From a virus: a DNA stretch of 64,000 bases. Where the stretch lies: IMG/VR virus record IMGVR_UViG_3300045988_101835; one strand, 5' to 3'. Below are positions 59,701 to 64,000 of the stretch, one piece after another; position 1 is the stretch's first letter; each line of letters opens with the position of its first letter. A program made the position numbers and the translations under genes. The notes beneath the pieces were generated by a model that saw nothing but the letters and a program-made list of their open reading frames with translations, did not search any database and was not told where the DNA came from.

Positions 59701-61139
59701 AGTCTGGCAGTGCCACGGTTGCTGTTTATCAGGAAGCGAATACGATTGTCACTGCGGGTCCTGTTACGATTACGGATGCCGAGGTTGACGATATTCCGGC
59801 TAGTGGTGGCACCGTTTCGGAGTTCTCGTCGTATGACTGGACTCAGGATGTGACTTATACGTCTGGTGCCACTGGCACTTCTAATTACCATACTACTAGT
59901 TACTCTGCTCCTGTCACTGCTTCGTCGCTTGGCACTACAGTCAAGTCTCGCGCGAAGGTTGGTACTTTGACTTTAGAAGTTGTTGGTGAGAAGAATGAGT
60001 CTGCTACTCTTACTTTGGATGTGTATCAGGAGGCTAACACGGCCGCTTATGCTAGTCCGTCCATTACGGCTTCTTATGATGATGACATTCCTGCAGGTGG
60101 TGGTACGGTTTCGCTCTCCAAGTCTTTCACTCAGAATGTGACTTACACTTCTGGTTCTACTAGTACGGTATCTTCTGGTGGGTCATGGTCTTATTCTCAG
60201 ACTTCGGGTTCTGGTCTTAACACGAGTACGGGTGCAGTTACTGCTGCTAGCTTGGGCACTACGGCTAAGGCTCGCTCTCAGGTTGCAAGTGTTCGCGTTC
60301 AGTTGACTGCTAATAGTAAGACTGAGGCGGTAATGGCTTCTGCTTATCAGGAGGCAAATAGCAGAACATGGGGTACTCCTACGATTACGACTTTCGAGTA
60401 TCGAGGCACTCCTGCGGTCAATACGCTTTCGGCGGGTGCCGACAACCGCACCCCGACTTTGTTAGCTACTCAGACTGGTACGTGGACTTCGGGTGAAACC
60501 GAAACGGCATCGCTTATAAGTTCTAAGACGTTCACGGGTGGTGATGTTAATACCTCTACGGGTAACTATACGGTTACAAGCTTGGGCAACGTGGTTACGG
60601 CTCGTCAGCTGGAGGCTACCATTACGGTTAATATAACCATGAACGGTAAGACAGCGTCGGATTCGTTGTCCCTCTATCGTGAGGCCAATGAGGTTACGTA
60701 CTCCGATCCTGTTGTTACACATACGTCGCCCATCAGTGTTGACGCTTCTGCTGGGCAGTATCAGTTAAAGCCCCACTTCACGCAGCGTGCTTACTATACT
60801 TCGGGTTCTGAGACGCCTATTTTGTCCGGGTCCTTCACCTACGCGGTCAAGACTGCTCTTACGGGCTTTACTCTCGCTCCCCCTAGTGGTATTGTATCTT
60901 ATACTGCAAACCCGTCCGTTTCTCCGCGTAATGGTTTCGTTGTGACGATTACGGGTTCCGGCAACGGCAAGTCGGGTACTACGGATGTGACCTTCAATCA
61001 GGCGGGTGCTAATCCTACGATTTGGGTATCTTTGAATGGCACGTCGTATGGCAGCAGTGTTACGGTGAACTTAGAGGGCAAGAGTGCTTCCGAGGTTAGT
61101 GTCTATGTCAAGACGAATGATACGTTCGACGTTTCTTAA
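56775..61139 (+). CDS. giant repeat-domain virion/adhesin-like protein (1454 aa)
   Basis: Recurrent modules of about 100-110 aa are joined by a 'QEAN' linker (codons at 58766, 59418, 59730, 60027, 60348, 60678). Each has '...IPAGGGTVS...TYTSGSTG...SGGSWSYS...NTSTGAV...LGTT...R'. The N-terminus is BACON-like. Confidence 0.7.
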   Translation: MASVSGDFKEGGQWTATASSFSGNQTVSLSADVNPLSKVRTADLTISAAGVSKSCTVSLTQEASVFEAELTVVAIPAFAAGGSSYTATSTSGHITIKRNGVVIDDRNVMPAFRFKSGSEVSWVTLSGGSGSWVYTITAENRALVAGGARSAAIEAQYSLDVGGVQTLLVCDVPISQAANFVETVSVSDASFAYSTIAAKGATVTPTTDSTIVVTMSSGSVLSSASAIAGYTYALTPSFSMTNGSGFTLNSTTTGSLTAASMGTTLGSRQSPTITYSLSLTYTPSSELSALGAKTVSGSDSSTGTATQGVNEVTSSTLAVTAFNYQGTVAASGGTSVAPNIRVQKNRVYTSGATDSVPVTTYTKTFSIVNDYDSGATIDTSTGLVTFPSRGTTVGLLLNIQVGLVVSADGLSVYSHAGCTQAMNKIESFVVMDISFDWPQFSPAGESHLPTHVGEWCQATYSSGVTGERAKPPVGYTIASNTAVYSLAESSSVFTIVDASTGEVSAANMGTTLGSRTSPYIWKDITIVLAAGSWANGTVENISGTGRARNVANQGVNEITYSDLTIKTFSYFDTSTVLASGGTSVPRLFATETQTYTSGSVVSDVPVTGGSFALTTSGHGASVDSSTGVVTYASRGSVAGDAWSDSVTWTLTSHGLTATKSASVSQEANVAVYGPPVVSLSYSDVPAKGGSVAPTKSFRQTVTYTSGSTGTPVTSGGSWSYSGTNVNTSTGAVSASALGVTVKARTKITDATATVTVNGKSGSASAAVYQQENYVLSIAIKGQNWVTPVSPTLSFPAEGATNSYTCYGTFTSGTVRVQNFALDDWDLSNSAFTKVLNTNVLLTVTAPSRGTTVGAARTSTLTVTLNNSNTNNKTLTDSVTLTQEANAIVSYGTPVVSVSYADIPAGGGSVTPSKSFTQATTYTSGSTGSISSGGSWSYSGTGVNTSTGAVSGTSLGTTEVSRTKKTDATATVTINGKSGSATVAVYQEANTIVTAGPVTITDAEVDDIPASGGTVSEFSSYDWTQDVTYTSGATGTSNYHTTSYSAPVTASSLGTTVKSRAKVGTLTLEVVGEKNESATLTLDVYQEANTAAYASPSITASYDDDIPAGGGTVSLSKSFTQNVTYTSGSTSTVSSGGSWSYSQTSGSGLNTSTGAVTAASLGTTAKARSQVASVRVQLTANSKTEAVMASAYQEANSRTWGTPTITTFEYRGTPAVNTLSAGADNRTPTLLATQTGTWTSGETETASLISSKTFTGGDVNTSTGNYTVTSLGNVVTARQLEATITVNITMNGKTASDSLSLYREANEVTYSDPVVTHTSPISVDASAGQYQLKPHFTQRAYYTSGSETPILSGSFTYAVKTALTGFTLAPPSGIVSYTANPSVSPRNGFVVTITGSGNGKSGTTDVTFNQAGANPTIWVSLNGTSYGSSVTVNLEGKSASEVSVYVKTNDTFDVS

Positions 61140-61145
61140 TTTCTC

Positions 61146-61174
61146 AGCATGGGTGAATCTCACCCATGCTTTTT
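61146..61174 (+). terminator. rho-independent terminator
   Basis: Perfect 11-bp stem agcatgggtga/tcacccatgct followed by T5. Confidence 0.8.
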
Positions 61175-61198
61175 AAAAATCTTAAAAACATTTATTTC

Positions 61199-62386
61199 AT
61201 GGCAACTGTTTCTAAGAAGATTCTTTGGGGATCGAGTTCCACTGACTACATTACGGTCACGATGGATGATGCGGTTCAGGATCAGATTATAAAGGTTGAC
61301 TCGACGGATAATCCGTCGTCTTCGGCGCGGTCGAAGTCGGTCATACTTTCTACGTCCAGCGATTCGTCGGTCACGGCGTCGTTGAACGTCATGCAGGCTG
61401 CGGGGGCTTTGCCTGTGGGTATGGCTTTGGAAATTCGTCCTGTGGATTCTGCGAATAGCTTAAAGGGACGCAATGTTTACATTAAGCTTTACAATCAAAC
61501 TAGAGGTAAAACTTATAAAACGCCTGTGCTTTATCCTTTAGATTCTTCTACTGGTCAGTACATCTTAGTAAATGCCACTTCGATATTTGAGTCAGTTTCT
61601 GTAGTTGACGGGGATGTCATCTATGTTGAGCTTTATAGTGTTGGAAATGTTTTGTTAGGTTCTTCTAAGAGCAAACCTACTACTGTGGATATATCTATCT
61701 CTAATCAGGTATGCCAGTATGCTCAAATGTTCGATATTTATCGTTTGGATTTGACGAACACTTTGGATATGGCGGTTAGTCTCTATGATCAGTTTGGTTA
61801 CCAGAGTGCCACGACTATTGAGGCTGGTGAGATGAACATGTTCAATTTGGTTTACTCAGATGCTATTGAGTATATTGCGCTTGATCCAGTTCTGGAGGAT
61901 GTAGGTCGCCCGGTTCAGTTTGTTGTTGGTCCTAATGTTACTGATACTGTTGTCTCCGCGTATGTTCTTGATGAGGGTTATCAGGAGTGGCATATTCTGC
62001 AGACGGATATTGTAAATGCTCTCGCCGAGACGGGGGCGCAGGCGTGTGAGCTTCGCTACCTATCCTATCCTAACCGAATCGTAAATTTCACGGTTCAAGG
62101 GTTCTATTCGGTTAATGGTAGTGCATCGTCACTTGTTCCTTCTGATTGTACTGTTACGATTAATTACATGAACGTTGACGGCAAGTCTATTACAGTAAGA
62201 GGTACTACGAATTCGCAGGGTTTTGCTGCATTCCGCCGTGCTGACGTGGCTAAGGTTAGCCAGCAGGTTGTTGCTACGGTTACGCCTCCATTATTGGAGG
62301 CTGAAAAAGGCACTACGACTTTAAGTATTGATGCTACTGTTACTACTGTACACTTTGTGGTTATGTGTGAGTACGTAGTGTCGTAG
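61199..62386 (+). CDS. hypothetical virion protein
   Basis: ATG at 61199 chosen because the track start at 61166 lies in the terminator. From about 61440 onward the codon usage looks more A-rich than the phage norm. Confidence 0.6.
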   Translation: MATVSKKILWGSSSTDYITVTMDDAVQDQIIKVDSTDNPSSSARSKSVILSTSSDSSVTASLNVMQAAGALPVGMALEIRPVDSANSLKGRNVYIKLYNQTRGKTYKTPVLYPLDSSTGQYILVNATSIFESVSVVDGDVIYVELYSVGNVLLGSSKSKPTTVDISISNQVCQYAQMFDIYRLDLTNTLDMAVSLYDQFGYQSATTIEAGEMNMFNLVYSDAIEYIALDPVLEDVGRPVQFVVGPNVTDTVVSAYVLDEGYQEWHILQTDIVNALAETGAQACELRYLSYPNRIVNFTVQGFYSVNGSASSLVPSDCTVTINYMNVDGKSITVRGTTNSQGFAAFRRADVAKVSQQVVATVTPPLLEAEKGTTTLSIDATVTTVHFVVMCEYVVS

Positions 62387-62398
62387 TTTTATAAGGAT

Positions 62399-62447
62399 CC
62401 GCATTTGAAAACCCCTAAATCTTTAGTTTAGGGGATGAAAAATGCGG
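62399..62447. repeat. nested imperfect palindrome (IS200/IS605-type subterminal hairpin)
   Basis: Outer arms ccgcattt (62399-62406) and aaatgcgg (62440-62447); inner arms cccctaaa (62412-62419) and tttagggg (62427-62434). Confidence 0.7.
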
Positions 62448-62457
62448 GGTAGCGTAG

Positions 62458-62865
62458 CTACCCTTGGTTTTCAATGTACTTTCTGATAGTCTCCTGACTT
62501 ACGTTTCCGACTGACGACACAAAATAACCATCCGTCCAAAATGTGTTTTCCCTGTAAAATAGATGCCTGAGATAATTTTCATGCCTTTTCCAGATAGCCT
62601 TTGTTGACATTTGCTTGAGTCTCCTTACAATTTGTAGCGGAGATAGTTTCGGTTCGCTGCAAATCATCATGTGAATATGGTCTTTGTCTGTTTCCATGAC
62701 CTCAATATCAAAGTCTGACAAGTCTGATATGTTCTGCATGATTTGCTTCATGTCATATTCTACCGCTCCGACAAGCAGTTTCTTCCTGTATTTGCATACA
62801 AGTATCACATGGTACTTGATGAGGAACTTCGAGTGATTCTTTGAAATGTATTCTTTTTGTATCAT
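62458..62865 (-). CDS. tnpA: IS200-type Y1 (HUH) transposase TnpA
   Basis: 135 aa. 'YHVILVCKYRKKLL', HUH motif 'DHIHMMI', and the catalytic-Tyr region 'FWTDGYFVSSVG'. Confidence 0.9.
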   Translation of the reverse strand: MIQKEYISKNHSKFLIKYHVILVCKYRKKLLVGAVEYDMKQIMQNISDLSDFDIEVMETDKDHIHMMICSEPKLSPLQIVRRLKQMSTKAIWKRHENYLRHLFYRENTFWTDGYFVSSVGNVSQETIRKYIENQG

Positions 62866-62895
62866 TGTTTCGTTTTAAATCGTTGCATTTGCCGT

Positions 62896-64000
62896 ATGTT
62901 ACGTGCCTACCAGTATAGAATCTGCCCGACTGATGAGCAAAAGGTCTTGTTCGCAAAGACTTTTGGCTGTTGTCGTTTTGTCTATAATTGGGCATTGAAT
63001 CTGAAAATCACGGCATATAAGGACCGTAATGAAACACTCGGCAACGTGTACCTTACCAACCTGATGAAAAGCGAGCTGAAAGCGGAGCATGAATGGTTGT
63101 CGGAAGTTAACTCCCAATCCTTGCAGAGTGTGCTACGTAATCTCGACACTGCTTACACCAACTTTTTCCGTAACACCAAGGCTGTAGGATTCCCAAAATT
63201 CAAGTCACGCAAGGACCGGCAGAGTTTCCTTTGCCCCCAGCATTGCCGTGTGGATTTTGAGAAAGGAACAATCACAATTCCCAAGGCAAAAGATATTCCT
63301 GCCGTGCTGCACCGCAAATTTAAGGGAACGGTAAAGACCGTTGCTGTCAGCATGACACCTTCAGGCAAGTACTTCGCATCAGTATTGGTCGACACCCCTG
63401 TTCAAGAACTTCCGGCAACACCCATACAGGATGATACGGCTTTGGGAATTGACTTGGGTATCAAGTCGCTTGCCGTATGTTCTGACGGGCGCACGTTTGA
63501 CAACCCGAAGAACTTGCAGAGAAGCCTTGATCGTTTGAAGCTGTTTCAAAAGCGGTTGAGTCGCAAACAGAAAGGCTCGGCAAACCGTAACAAGGCTCGC
63601 GTCAGGGTAGCCCGGTTGCAGGAACACATAGCCAACAGCCGAAAAGACAGCCTTCACAAAATCACCCATGCGCTTACGCACGACAGCCAAGTGCGCACCA
63701 TCTGCATGGAGGATTTGAACGTGAAGGGGATGCAGCGCAATCACCATTTGGCACAAGCCGTGGGGGATGCCTCTTTCGGTATGTTCCTGACGCTGCTTGA
63801 ATACAAATGCAGTTGGTATGGCGTGAACCTCGTCAAGATAGACCGATTTGCCCCAAGTTCAAAGACCTGTGGCAAATGCGGCTACGTGTATAAAGGATTG
63901 AGGCTAAGTGAGAGAAGCTGGACATGCCCGGAGTGTGGTACACACCACGACCGGGACTTCAATGCCGCTTGCAACATAAAAGAATTTGGCTTGAAAGCCC
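62896..64000 (+). CDS. tnpB: TnpB family protein, second lineage, 3'-truncated by the window edge
   Basis: Absent from the ORF track because it has no stop in the window. Hand translation gives MLRAYQYRICPTDEQKVLFAKTFGCCRFVYNWALN..., then GIDLGIKSL, CMEDLNVKGM, CGKCG...CPECGTHHDRDFNAACNI. Confidence 0.85.
   Translation, partial: MLRAYQYRICPTDEQKVLFAKTFGCCRFVYNWALNLKITAYKDRNETLGNVYLTNLMKSELKAEHEWLSEVNSQSLQSVLRNLDTAYTNFFRNTKAVGFPKFKSRKDRQSFLCPQHCRVDFEKGTITIPKAKDIPAVLHRKFKGTVKTVAVSMTPSGKYFASVLVDTPVQELPATPIQDDTALGIDLGIKSLAVCSDGRTFDNPKNLQRSLDRLKLFQKRLSRKQKGSANRNKARVRVARLQEHIANSRKDSLHKITHALTHDSQVRTICMEDLNVKGMQRNHHLAQAVGDASFGMFLTLLEYKCSWYGVNLVKIDRFAPSSKTCGKCGYVYKGLRLSERSWTCPECGTHHDRDFNAACNIKEFGLKA

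Larger units (their letters stand above)
62390..64000. mobile_element. IS200/IS605-family element with divergent tnpA and tnpB (right part beyond the window)
   Basis: A nested terminal hairpin, a Y1 transposase on the minus strand and a second-lineage tnpB on the plus strand. The composition is unlike the phage. The left boundary is approximate. Confidence 0.8.

Noticed and set aside
49923-61139. Diversity-generating retroelement targeting the fibre or adhesin genes
   Set aside because: No reverse transcriptase ORF and no template/variable repeat pair with adenine-specific differences was seen in the window.
61440-62386. Mosaic, horizontally swapped C-terminal half of gene 61199-62386
   Set aside because: Codon style looks somewhat more A-rich than upstream, but the shift is gradual and I cannot quantify it. 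This is not enough to call a recombination junction.

Overview
This window reads as a unidirectional segment of a large Bacteroidota-infecting phage, crAss-like in flavour. That assignment is an inference from BACON-like virion proteins, Bacteroides-type TTTG/TAnnTTTG promoters, a family-A DNA polymerase, and lysis and tail-fibre genes. All phage genes lie on the + strand and show a strong T/G third-codon-position bias.

Annotated content:
- Replication: SNF2 helicase, DnaB-like helicase, primase zinc-finger protein, a PolA split over two ORFs, and a ligase-like enzyme.
- Lysis: M15 endolysin and a holin.
- Virion genes with FN3, BACON-like, collagen-like and tandem-repeat domains.
- A 2.5-kb RNA island with four tRNAs.

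Most notable observations:
1. The PolA carries four intein or intein-like insertions at three catalytic motifs. One is broken exactly like a natural split intein across adjacent ORFs. Two others form a tandem pair, one of them without an N-terminal nucleophile.
2. There are three diverged but intact TnpB-only elements with omega-RNA-like 3' ends, plus orphan right-end fragments, one of them next to a compositionally foreign DNA methyltransferase. A separate tnpA+tnpB IS200/IS605 element sits at the window end.
3. The tRNA island contains two Ser-type tRNAs with A at the wobble position and about 1.2 kb of helix-dense, ORF-poor sequence that may encode large structured RNAs.
4. Two distinct promoter classes interleave across the window.

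All calls are by eye. No similarity searches, folding or statistics were run.
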